A DNA stretch of 63,973 nucleotides, the filler included, from an uncultured bacterium (GTDB lineage Bacteria; CAYJRR01), in assembly GCA_964372275.1 (NCBI GenBank). It is 3 parts of 3 records of this genome, joined end to end, with 100 filler letters (N's around TTAATTAATTAA, not from the genome) between each part and the next. Parts side by side here need not be neighbours in the genome. Positions count along the whole stretch, not along the records: positions 48,967 to 63,973 come from CAYJRR010000110.1; 2 more parts are not named here. One strand, written 5' to 3'. This document shows positions 49,589 through 57,999 of this stretch, one piece after another (the first letter of the stretch is position 1; each line of letters starts with the position of its first letter). The notes under the pieces are model-generated. The model saw only the letters and a list, made by a program, of their open reading frames with translations, searched no databases and was not told where the DNA came from. A program made the translations under genes and the position numbers.

Positions 49589-50280
49589 CCGACCGGGAGC
49601 GGGTGCTTCGCGACCTCGAGCCGCGCAGCGCCGAAGCGGTCCTGGAGGAGCTCGCCGACCTCCACGCGCGGCGGGCGGCCGGCGAGGCGCTTCGCGTTCC
49701 GCGGGTGACGGTCCACCTGCGCACCGGGCGCGACTTCACCGGATCGGTCCTCAAGGTCGGCGAGGACCGCCCCGGCCGCGGCCGTCACGCGCTGCTGCAC
49801 CTGCCCGGTCCGGATCCACGGAGCGTCGAGCTCGACGCCCTGCACCTCCCGCTCGACGCCGTCCTCGCGGTGACGGTCCACGACGCGCCGTCCCTCGCGG
49901 AGTCGCCGGCCGAACTGCCGCCGCCGCCGACACGGTTCGCGCTGAAACAGCGGATCGCCGATCTTTCCGCGTGGCTGGGCGATCGGATCGGAGGGATCGT
50001 CGCCTGCGAGATCTCGTGGGACGCCGTCCCCGAGAGCGGCGAGCCGCTCCGCGCCCTGGGGGACCTGATCGACCATCTGCGCGCGATCGTCGACGGCATC
50101 GCCGGCGAGCCGATCGGCCGCGAAGCGTTGCGATCGAAGCTGCGGAAGATCTGGCTCGGCGTCGGGTCCCATCCGAGCGTCGCGCTCACCGACGGAACGC
50201 TGCTGGTGACGACGACGTCGGCCCCCGCGAAACGGATGGGCCGCGACGCCATCCGGGACGTTCTCGAAAAGGCGCTCTAG
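49585..50280 (+). CDS. Hypothetical protein whose C-terminal half resembles the upstream gene product
   Basis: TTGA overlap; GAGGGG RBS; GREALRSKLRKIWL vs GRDALKGAVKRIVI. Confidence 0.75.
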   Translation: MTDRERVLRDLEPRSAEAVLEELADLHARRAAGEALRVPRVTVHLRTGRDFTGSVLKVGEDRPGRGRHALLHLPGPDPRSVELDALHLPLDAVLAVTVHDAPSLAESPAELPPPPTRFALKQRIADLSAWLGDRIGGIVACEISWDAVPESGEPLRALGDLIDHLRAIVDGIAGEPIGREALRSKLRKIWLGVGSHPSVALTDGTLLVTTTSAPAKRMGRDAIRDVLEKAL

Positions 50281-50603
50281 TCTTTGGCGAGCTCGTCGCG
50301 CTTCGCTTCGAGCTTCGCCAGCGTCGTCTTCGAGTCGAGGTACTCGGTCATCTTGTGCTCGAGGTAGCCGATGATCTTCTTCCGCACCAGGAAGTTCGGC
50401 TCCGGTCCCTCGAGGACGACGGCCTCTTTCCCCACCGCCATCGTCGCGTCGAACTTGAACCCCATGATCGATCCGACGACGGTCGCGGTGTCCTTGTTCC
50501 AGGTCGGCTTGATGCCGTACTTCGCCGACCAGTAGCTACCGAGCTCCTTCATCCGCGCCTTCGCGTCGGCGGCCTTCAACTTGTGCGGGATCTCGATCTT
50601 CAT
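50277..50603 (-). CDS. Polyhydroxyalkanoic acid system family protein
   Basis: IEIPHKL..DAKARM...KYGI..W pattern. Confidence 0.75.
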   Translation of the reverse strand: MKIEIPHKLKAADAKARMKELGSYWSAKYGIKPTWNKDTATVVGSIMGFKFDATMAVGKEAVVLEGPEPNFLVRKKIIGYLEHKMTEYLDSKTTLAKLEAKRDELAKD

Positions 50604-50853
50604 GGTGCGCGGATCCTACCACGGGCCACACCTCCTCGCGGGTGGGCGCGCCGGGCAGGCGCTCGACGCGGATCGGCCGGAGGCGGTACGGGATCCACGA
50701 CAGGACGAGGAGGACGAGCAGGAGAAGCGCGGCGTGGATGACGAACGACAGGGTCATCCCCGTCCTCAGGCTGCGCGGGCGCGACAGCCATCGGCGCCGC
50801 CGCGGTGGATCGGCGGACGGCCGGGCGTGATCGGGAGCGGGCGGAACGTCCAT
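50536..50853 (-). CDS. Possible small membrane protein with TonB-like SxxxH anchor
   Basis: LSFVIHAALLLLVLLVLSW; overlaps the downstream gene by 68 nt. Confidence 0.35.
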   Translation of the reverse strand: MDVPPAPDHARPSADPPRRRRWLSRPRSLRTGMTLSFVIHAALLLLVLLVLSWIPYRLRPIRVERLPGAPTREEVWPVVGSAHHEDRDPAQVEGRRREGADEGAR

Positions 50854-51100
50854 CGGCCGGGACGGTAGCAGCACCGCTTCGAGCCCGTAAGCGGCGCGCA
50901 GCGGTCCGGCGAAGTCCCCGGGGGCGCGTCGGGGCGAGTCACGTCCTCGCGCGCTCAAGCGGACCTGCGCCCCGAAGGTACGCGAAGCGCGGGCAGTCTG
51001 GCTTGACGACGGCTTCTCGCTCGCGCTTTCATCCGTGCCGCCCGCACCGCTTCGCCTTGGAATTCCGAGGCGTTCTGAGCTCTTTCGAGCAGGAGACCGA

Positions 51101-51886
51101 ATGGACGAGAACCTCAACGCCACGCTGAACCTCCTCTTCCGCTGGATCCACGTCGTCGCGGGGATCGTCTGGATCGGACACCTCTACTTCTTCAACTTCG
51201 TGAACGCGCAGTTGGTGAAGACCTACGACGCCGATTCCAAGAAGAAGGTGGTTCCGGAGCTGATGCCGCGCGCGCTGTTCTGGTTCCGGATGGGGGCGGC
51301 GGTCACCTGGGTCACCGGGATCCTGCTCGCCGGTCTCGTCTACTACATGGGGGGCGCGATGGTCGCCGAAGGGGGCACGCTCGGCTCGGGGGCGCTCACC
51401 GGGATCGGCCTCGGCTCGCTGGTGATCGGTTTCGCCGTCTACGACCTGCTTTGGAAGTCGGCGCTGGCGAAGAACGAGACCGTGGCGGCGGTCGTTTCCT
51501 ACTCGTTGCTGACGATCGCGGCGTTCGGGTACGCGTTCGTGATGAACGGCCGGGCGATGTTCATCCACCTCGGCATGCTGCTCGGCACGATCATGGCGGC
51601 GAACGTCTGGATGCGGATCTGGCCCTCGCAGCGGAAGATCATCGCCGGGATCAAGGGGACCGCCCCGGCGCCGGACGCCGCGGTGGCGGCGATGGCCGGG
51701 TTGCGCTCCAAGCACAACACCTACATGTCGGTGCCGCTGGTGCTCTTCATGATCAGCAACCACTACCCCAACATCTACGGGAGCAAGGTGGCGCCGATCC
51801 TGGCGCTCGGTTTCCTGGCGCTCGGTTGGATCTGGGTGAAGAGGATGTATACGGTCTCGGCGTCGGCCGGGCCGGCGCAGTTCTAG
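51101..51886 (+). CDS. Urate hydroxylase PuuD-like membrane protein, no cytochrome c domain
   Basis: AGGAG RBS; RWIHVVAGIVWIG, LFWFR, GTIMAANVW..IWP.Q, RSKHNTYMSVP..MISNHYP; no CxxCH. Confidence 0.8.
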   Translation: MDENLNATLNLLFRWIHVVAGIVWIGHLYFFNFVNAQLVKTYDADSKKKVVPELMPRALFWFRMGAAVTWVTGILLAGLVYYMGGAMVAEGGTLGSGALTGIGLGSLVIGFAVYDLLWKSALAKNETVAAVVSYSLLTIAAFGYAFVMNGRAMFIHLGMLLGTIMAANVWMRIWPSQRKIIAGIKGTAPAPDAAVAAMAGLRSKHNTYMSVPLVLFMISNHYPNIYGSKVAPILALGFLALGWIWVKRMYTVSASAGPAQF

Positions 51887-51889
51887 ACG

Positions 51890-53329
51890 ATGTCGATCGG
51901 GATCCAGTCGATCTCCGCGTTCGTGCCGCGCTACCGGCTGCCGCGCGCCGCGATCCAGGCGGCGTGGGCGCCGGCGGACGGGGATTCGGCGCCGGCGAAG
52001 GGCGCGCGCGCCATCGCGGGGTTCGACGAGGACGCGCTGACGCTCGCGGTCGAGGCGGCGCTCCCGATCGCCGAGAAGGGGGCGACGGGGCGGACGATCG
52101 GCGCCGTCTACGTCGCCTCGGCCTCCGCCCCCTACGCGGAGAAGTCGGCGGCGTCGCTGCTCGCCGGCGCCTGCGATCTCCCGTTCGCCGGATTGCGCAC
52201 CGTCGACCTCGGCGGGACGCCGCGCGCCGGACTCCAGGCGCTGATCGCGGCCTTCGAGCGAACCGCCGACGCGACGGGCGATGCGCTGGTCGTCGCCTCC
52301 GACGTGCGCACCCCCCCGCCGGAGTCGGAGCACGAGGGGTACCCCGGCGACGCGGCGGTGGCGCTGCTCCTCGGGCGCGGGCAGGGGGCCGAGGGGGTCG
52401 CCGCCGAGATCGTTTCGGTCGCCTCGCAGGCGTCCGAGGTCCTCGACCTCTGGCGCGCCGCCGGCGACCCGTTCCTCCGCAGCGCCGACTCCAGGTTCAC
52501 GCAGGGGGTCGGCTTCCTGCCGGCCGCGAAGGCGGCGGTGAACGCGGCGCTGGAGAGGGCGCGGATCGCCCCGGCCACGGTGGCGTGGCTGGCGGTGGGG
52601 GCCCCTTCGACCGCGGCCGCCGCCGCGCTCGCGAAGGCGCTGTCGATCGACGCCGCGAAGCTCTGCCCCACCTTCGAGACGGAGATCGGAAACACCGGGT
52701 GCGCGCAGCCGCTCCTCGCGCTCGCCGCCGGGTTCGAGCGCGCGAAACCCGGCGACGTCCTCGTCGCCGTCGGCTGGGGGGACGGCGCCGACGCCGTCGT
52801 GCTCCGGGCCACCGACCGCGTGGCGAACGCCCTGGCCGGCGCCGATTCGGCAACTCGAGCGACGGCGGGCGGGCGCGAGATCGGCGGCTACGCGCGGTAC
52901 TTGAAGTCGCGGCGCCTCGCCGGGGCCGATTTCGACGCCGGCCCGGAGTCGACCAACGTCCTCTTCTTCAAGGAGCAGGGCCAGAACCTCCGCCTGCGCG
53001 GCGCCAGGTGCCGCGCCTGCGGCCAGGTCCAGTTCCCGGCCCAAGGGAGCTGCGTCCGCTGCCGCAAGCAGGGAACCGATCCGGTCCGCCTGTCGCGGCG
53101 CGGGACGGTCTTCACCTTCACCCGCGATCGCTTGAACGTCGCCGCCGAGCCGGTGACGGTGATGGCGGTCGTCGACCTCGACGACGGCGCGCGGATGTAC
53201 CTGCCGATGACCGACGTCGACGCCGATTCGGTCGAGATCGGGATGCCGGTGGAGCTGACCTTCCGCTACTACCATTCGGGATCGGAGTTCCGGCAGTACT
53301 TCTGGAAGGCGCGGCCGGTGGGGAGATGA
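51890..53329 (+). CDS. HMG-CoA synthase-like domain fused to DUF35 Zn-ribbon/OB-fold
   Basis: VPRYRL, DEDALTLAVEAA, GDAAVA, IGNTG; CRACG...CVRC; ends YFWKARP. Confidence 0.85.
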   Translation: MSIGIQSISAFVPRYRLPRAAIQAAWAPADGDSAPAKGARAIAGFDEDALTLAVEAALPIAEKGATGRTIGAVYVASASAPYAEKSAASLLAGACDLPFAGLRTVDLGGTPRAGLQALIAAFERTADATGDALVVASDVRTPPPESEHEGYPGDAAVALLLGRGQGAEGVAAEIVSVASQASEVLDLWRAAGDPFLRSADSRFTQGVGFLPAAKAAVNAALERARIAPATVAWLAVGAPSTAAAAALAKALSIDAAKLCPTFETEIGNTGCAQPLLALAAGFERAKPGDVLVAVGWGDGADAVVLRATDRVANALAGADSATRATAGGREIGGYARYLKSRRLAGADFDAGPESTNVLFFKEQGQNLRLRGARCRACGQVQFPAQGSCVRCRKQGTDPVRLSRRGTVFTFTRDRLNVAAEPVTVMAVVDLDDGARMYLPMTDVDADSVEIGMPVELTFRYYHSGSEFRQYFWKARPVGR

Positions 53330-54492
53330 CGGTGCCGCACGGGATCCGCGACAGGGTGGCGGTGCTCGGCGTCGGCTGCGCCAAGTTCGGCGACCGGTTC
53401 GAGGCCTCCTACGACGAGCTCGCGCTCGAAGCGGCGAACGAGGCGTTCGCCGACGCCGGGATCGAGCCCGGCCGGATCGACGCGGCGTGGCTCGGCACCT
53501 ACCTGCCGAACCACGGGTGGGGGAAGGCGTCGGTGGGACTTGCCGACAGCTTGCGCCTCTACGACCGACCGATCACGCGCGTCGAGAACTTCTGCGCCAC
53601 CGGGACCGAAGCCTTCCGCGCCGCCTGCCTCGGCGTCGCCAGCGGGATGTACGACATCGCGCTGGCCCTCGGCGTGGAGAAGATGAAGGACCGGCCGGGT
53701 CGCGGGATCCCGCGCGCCGGGCAGCATCCGTTGCTGGCGCGCGGGGCGACTGCCCCCGGTCTGTTCGCGCTCGCCGCCAACCGCTGGATGCACGAGTTCA
53801 AGGTCGACCGGACACCGCTGGCGATGGTCGCCGTGAAGAACCACGCCAACGGGGCCAAGAACCCGAAGGCGCACATGCAGAAGGAGGTCACGCTCGAGCA
53901 GGTGCTGAAGGCGCCGATCGTCGCCTCCCCCTTCGGGCTGTTCGACTGCTGCCCGACCACCGACGGCGCGGCGGCGGCGATCGTCTGCCGCCCGGAGATC
54001 GCGAAGGAGCTGGGGATCGACCCGATCCTGGTGAAGGGGATCGGGCTGGCGGTCACGACCGGCCGCCCCTTCAACGACCCCGGATTCGCCTACACCGGTT
54101 TCAAGGCGACGGCGCTGGCCTCGTCCCAGGCCTACGAGCAGGCGGGGATCACCGCCGAGGACGTGCAGTTCGCCGAGGTCCACGACTGCTTTACCTGGAC
54201 CGAGCTGACCAACTACGAGGACCTCGGATTCGCCAAGAAGGGCGACGGACACCGGCTGATCCGCGAAGGGATCACCGCGGTCGACGGCGCGAGGCCGGTG
54301 AACCCGTCCGGAGGACTCAAGAGCTTCGGCCATCCGATCGGCGCTTCCGGGATCCGCATGATCTACGAGGTGACCCGCCAACTGCGGGGAAAGGCGGGTC
54401 CGCTGCAGGTGAAGCGCCACGAGCTGGGGTTGGCCCACAACGTCGGCGGGCCGGGCGCGGTGAGCTGCGTCGTGGTGCTCGGACGAGGCTGA
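53326..54492 (+). CDS. Thiolase (SCP-x/archaeal-type acetyl-CoA acetyltransferase)
   Basis: ATGA overlap; VENFCATG, KNH.NG, TDGAAA, EVHDCF, NPSGGLKSFGHPIGASG, HNVGG. Confidence 0.92.
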   Translation: MTVPHGIRDRVAVLGVGCAKFGDRFEASYDELALEAANEAFADAGIEPGRIDAAWLGTYLPNHGWGKASVGLADSLRLYDRPITRVENFCATGTEAFRAACLGVASGMYDIALALGVEKMKDRPGRGIPRAGQHPLLARGATAPGLFALAANRWMHEFKVDRTPLAMVAVKNHANGAKNPKAHMQKEVTLEQVLKAPIVASPFGLFDCCPTTDGAAAAIVCRPEIAKELGIDPILVKGIGLAVTTGRPFNDPGFAYTGFKATALASSQAYEQAGITAEDVQFAEVHDCFTWTELTNYEDLGFAKKGDGHRLIREGITAVDGARPVNPSGGLKSFGHPIGASGIRMIYEVTRQLRGKAGPLQVKRHELGLAHNVGGPGAVSCVVVLGRG

Positions 54493-54577
54493 CCTGGGCG
54501 GCGGCGAGGACGATCGCGACGGCGGTCCCGGGGACAGACGCCACGTAGGCGGCGACCGGGGTCGCGCGTGGAGGGTC

Positions 54578-56299
54578 GTGGCGCCGACCGCCATCGCGTT
54601 TCTGCTGCCTCTCGCGCTCTACCTATCCACCGCCACGCGCACCCTCCAGGGCGGCGATACCGCCGAGTTCGCGCTCGTCGGAGCCGTCGGAGGCGTTCCC
54701 CATCCACCGGGCTATCCGCTCTACGCGGTTCTCGCGCGCCTCGCGGTCGCCACCCTTCCCGGACCGCCGGCGGGAAGCGTCGCGGTCGTTTCCGCGGTCT
54801 GCGCCGCCGCGGCGGTCGCCGTGCTGTTCGCGGCGCTTCTCCGGTTGACCGGCAACCGGATCGCGGCCTTCGCGTCGGCGCTCCTCTTCACCGTCTCGCC
54901 GGTGCAATGGAAGATGGCCGGCGTGCCCGAGGTGTTCGCCCTCGCCTCGCTCGGCGCCGCGGCGACGCTCCTGGCGGCGGCCCGGCTCGCCGCGAGCGAC
55001 TCCGCGAGCGAGCGCGCGCGCGCGCTCGCGGCCGGCGTCACCTTCGGGCTGTCGCTCGCCTGCCACGCCACGCTCGTCCTCCTTCTGCCGCTCGTCGTGT
55101 GGGCGGTCCTCGCCGCCCCGAGGACGCGGGCGTGGCGACCGACCGCTCGGCGCATCGCGTGGGTCGGTCTCGGCCTCGGAGCCGGGCTCCTCGCCTACCT
55201 CTATCTTCCGCTCGCGGCCTCGCTCGCCGGAGACGACGCCTGGATCTGGGGGGAGCCCGACCGACTCGGCGGTCTGTTCCGCCACCTCCTGCGCGCCGAC
55301 TACGGAACGTTTCGCCTGGCGCCGAGCGACCGGGGCGCCGACGCCGGGGCGCAGGTGGCCGCGGTGCTCGGGTCGCTGGGGCCCGCCTTCCTCTGGATCC
55401 CGTGCGCCGTCGGCCTCGGCGGGATGTTCGTCGGCTACCGCCGGCAGCCCGACGCGTTCGCGGCGCTCCTCGTGGCGTTCGCGCTCGCCGGCGTCGCGCT
55501 GCCGTCCCGTTTCAACCTGCCGGAGACGGCGATCGCCGCCGAGGTCGCGGAACGGTTCCGCCTCCTGCCGCACCTCCTGTTCGCGGTGCCGGTGGCGTTC
55601 GGCGCCGCGTGGATCCACGAACGGATCGGGGTCGTCGCGGCCCCCGCCCTGCTCCTCGCGCCCCTCGCCGCGCTTCCGCGCGGCTGGGCCGGAGCCGACT
55701 GGCGGAGCGATCCGACGATCGAGCGCTACTTCGCGGCGGCGATCGAGGCGCTCCCCGACGGCGCCGTCGTGCTCTGCCAAGGGGATCCGTGCCTGCCGGG
55801 CGTCCGCTACGTGAGCCGCGTCGTCGGCCATCGACAGGTCGACGTCGTCGACGTCCACCTGCTGCGCCTGCGCTGGTATCACGACCGGACGGCGCGCCAG
55901 ATCCCGGAGCTGGCGGACCTCCCCTTCGACGCCGAGCGGACGCCGCTGAAGACGATCGCCACCCGCGTGGCGGAGCGCCGCCCGACCTACGCCAACCTGC
56001 TGGTCGCGATGCAGCTGATCGGCGTCGTGCCGACCCAGCCGGAGGGGCTGTTGTTTCGCGTCCTCGCCGAGGGGGCCGACCCTGCTCCGCCGAACGCGAT
56101 CGAAGCGAGCGTATTCCGCGCCACCCAGCGCCTCGGTCCCCTGCCATCACGCCCGGTCGACGCCTGGAGCGCGGCCTTCCGCGAATCGGCGGCCCTCTCG
56201 TGGCGCGCAGTCGCCTCGCGCTGGGAGCGAAGCGGCGACCCGGAACGCGCCGCCGCCGCGCGTGCACGCGCCGACACGCTCTCCCCGAACAGACGCTAG
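54578..56299 (+). CDS. DUF2723/TMEM260-like GT-C membrane glycosyltransferase
   Basis: GGDTAEF...GVPHPPGYPLY, EVF, YLYLPL, WG, many TM helices. Confidence 0.85.
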   Translation: MAPTAIAFLLPLALYLSTATRTLQGGDTAEFALVGAVGGVPHPPGYPLYAVLARLAVATLPGPPAGSVAVVSAVCAAAAVAVLFAALLRLTGNRIAAFASALLFTVSPVQWKMAGVPEVFALASLGAAATLLAAARLAASDSASERARALAAGVTFGLSLACHATLVLLLPLVVWAVLAAPRTRAWRPTARRIAWVGLGLGAGLLAYLYLPLAASLAGDDAWIWGEPDRLGGLFRHLLRADYGTFRLAPSDRGADAGAQVAAVLGSLGPAFLWIPCAVGLGGMFVGYRRQPDAFAALLVAFALAGVALPSRFNLPETAIAAEVAERFRLLPHLLFAVPVAFGAAWIHERIGVVAAPALLLAPLAALPRGWAGADWRSDPTIERYFAAAIEALPDGAVVLCQGDPCLPGVRYVSRVVGHRQVDVVDVHLLRLRWYHDRTARQIPELADLPFDAERTPLKTIATRVAERRPTYANLLVAMQLIGVVPTQPEGLLFRVLAEGADPAPPNAIEASVFRATQRLGPLPSRPVDAWSAAFRESAALSWRAVASRWERSGDPERAAAARARADTLSPNRR

Positions 56300-57060
56300 G
56301 GCGCGGACGCGGCGGCGGTGCGCTGGCGGAGTTTTTCGCGGTCGCTGCTGAAGGTGAGCTTGGAGTAGACCTTGATCCAGTTCTGGCGGTCGACGACGCG
56401 CGGGTAGAGGCTGGCGGCGGCCTCGACCTTGCCGCTGCCGAAGGAGAACAGCTCCATCACCGCGATCACCTGGTCGACGGTGAACCACGCGTCCCGTGAC
56501 GTCTCGAGGACGATCGCCAGCTGCCCCTTCTCGAACGATTCGGCGTCGATCGCCGCGAGGATGGTGGCGAACTCCGCCGGCGTGAGCGCCTGCGGCGCGA
56601 AGGGGAGCACCACCGCCCCCGCGAACGGCGGGATCGCCGAGACCGGCGGCGGCGTGATCACCATCCCCGGGTACGAGGCGACCGGCGGAACGGGCGGAAC
56701 GGGAGGGACGGGCGGAACCGGCGGCACCGGCGGGACGGGCGGGAGCTGCGCGGGGGGCCGGACGATGCCGACCAGCCCGCCGGCCGCGGACGGCGCGCGC
56801 GCCAGGTCGGCGCGCAGCCCTTCCAGATCGCGGCGCATCTCCGCCAGCCGCTCGCGGATCGCGCGACGCCCCGCGCGGTCGCGGTTCCCTTCGTTGCGCT
56901 CCTCGATCAGCTCCAGGTCCTCGAGCAGCTGCCCGACGACCTGCGCGTGCGCCCGCCGGTCGACCACCACCGGGTCGACCTCGTCGTGGTCGGCGCGCGC
57001 CGCCGCCGGGATCGAGAGGACTGCCAGCATCGCCATCGCCGCGGCCGCCCGGATCGTCAC
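56296..57060 (-). CDS. Secreted DUF4476-domain protein with PPV repeats
   Basis: AAGGAGG RBS; signal peptide; FTVDQV..VMELFSF..KVE...LYPRVVD. Confidence 0.8.
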   Translation of the reverse strand: MTIRAAAAMAMLAVLSIPAAARADHDEVDPVVVDRRAHAQVVGQLLEDLELIEERNEGNRDRAGRRAIRERLAEMRRDLEGLRADLARAPSAAGGLVGIVRPPAQLPPVPPVPPVPPVPPVPPVPPVASYPGMVITPPPVSAIPPFAGAVVLPFAPQALTPAEFATILAAIDAESFEKGQLAIVLETSRDAWFTVDQVIAVMELFSFGSGKVEAAASLYPRVVDRQNWIKVYSKLTFSSDREKLRQRTAAASAP

Positions 57061-57163
57061 GCCTGCCTCCTTCTCGCTCGAGGCCCGTATGCGAGGGCCT
57101 CTCGAAGCGTCGGACGATACAATGGACGAAAGATTCGAGGACCGTCCCGCAGTCGAAACGACC

Positions 57164-57928
57164 GTGCCAACCACCCTCCGGAGCCCCACCGCCCCCCTCG
57201 TGGCCGCGGCCCTCCTCGCGGCCTGCGCCGAGGATCCGCGCGACCCGCTCCCCCCCTACGAGGGGTACGAAGGGTCGTTCGAGTTGACCCGGGTCGTGAC
57301 CACCCTCCCCGGGGAGTCGCCGTCCACCTTCCTCTTCGCCGAAGCGAGCTTCGAATACGCCGGCGAGACGCTCGATGCCGGCGGCTCGGTGGTGCTCGAC
57401 GGCCCCGCGGGGGAGATCCGGCTCGTCCGGCGCCAGTTTCTGGGGAGGACCTTCTACCAGAAGGACCCCGACGGTCCCGACATCCCGGCCTCGAAGTTCC
57501 TCGCCTCGTCGATCTACGCCGCGACCGTCGCCGGCTCGAAGGTCGACCACGGCGTTCCGTCGTTCACCGCCGACGCGGCGATCGAGACCCCCGAATCACT
57601 GGTGCTCTCCGCCCCCGACCTCTCCTCGGGGTTGGTGTCGCTCGACGGGACCTCCTCGCTCCTCGTCACCTGGAACCCGAGCACGGCCGACTACGTCGAC
57701 ATCCACCTGATCGTCTCGTCCGGCGGCGTAGCGCAGGTGGCGAGCTTCCGGTCGATCGACGACGGCGACTACGAGGTCCCGGACTTCCGCGTAGCCGAGC
57801 TGCCGGTCGGCGACGGCAGTTTCAGCGTGGTGCGCGTCGTCGAGACCGCGTTCGCGCTTCCGGGCGGCGGTTCGGCGGAGGGGATCGGCGGCGACGCCGT
57901 CTCCTGCAAGCTGACGAGAACGCCATGA
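57164..57928 (+). CDS. Hypothetical lipoprotein (alternative start 57122)
   Basis: LLAAC lipobox; beta-strand-rich sequence. Confidence 0.7.
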   Translation: MPTTLRSPTAPLVAAALLAACAEDPRDPLPPYEGYEGSFELTRVVTTLPGESPSTFLFAEASFEYAGETLDAGGSVVLDGPAGEIRLVRRQFLGRTFYQKDPDGPDIPASKFLASSIYAATVAGSKVDHGVPSFTADAAIETPESLVLSAPDLSSGLVSLDGTSSLLVTWNPSTADYVDIHLIVSSGGVAQVASFRSIDDGDYEVPDFRVAELPVGDGSFSVVRVVETAFALPGGGSAEGIGGDAVSCKLTRTP

Positions 57929-57999
57929 CCCTCGTGGCCGGCAGAACGTGCCGTGCGCGCTCGCCTCGGGCCGGCGGTTCGCGGTATCGTGAGGGGACG

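Noticed and set aside
56681-56745. 9-bp tandem repeat
   Set aside because: Encodes a PPV linker with synonymous variation.
57155-57170. Sigma-54 site TTGGCACGGTCGTTTC on minus strand before the DUF4476 gene
   Set aside because: The -12 GC is missing and it overlaps a divergent start; too weak to list.
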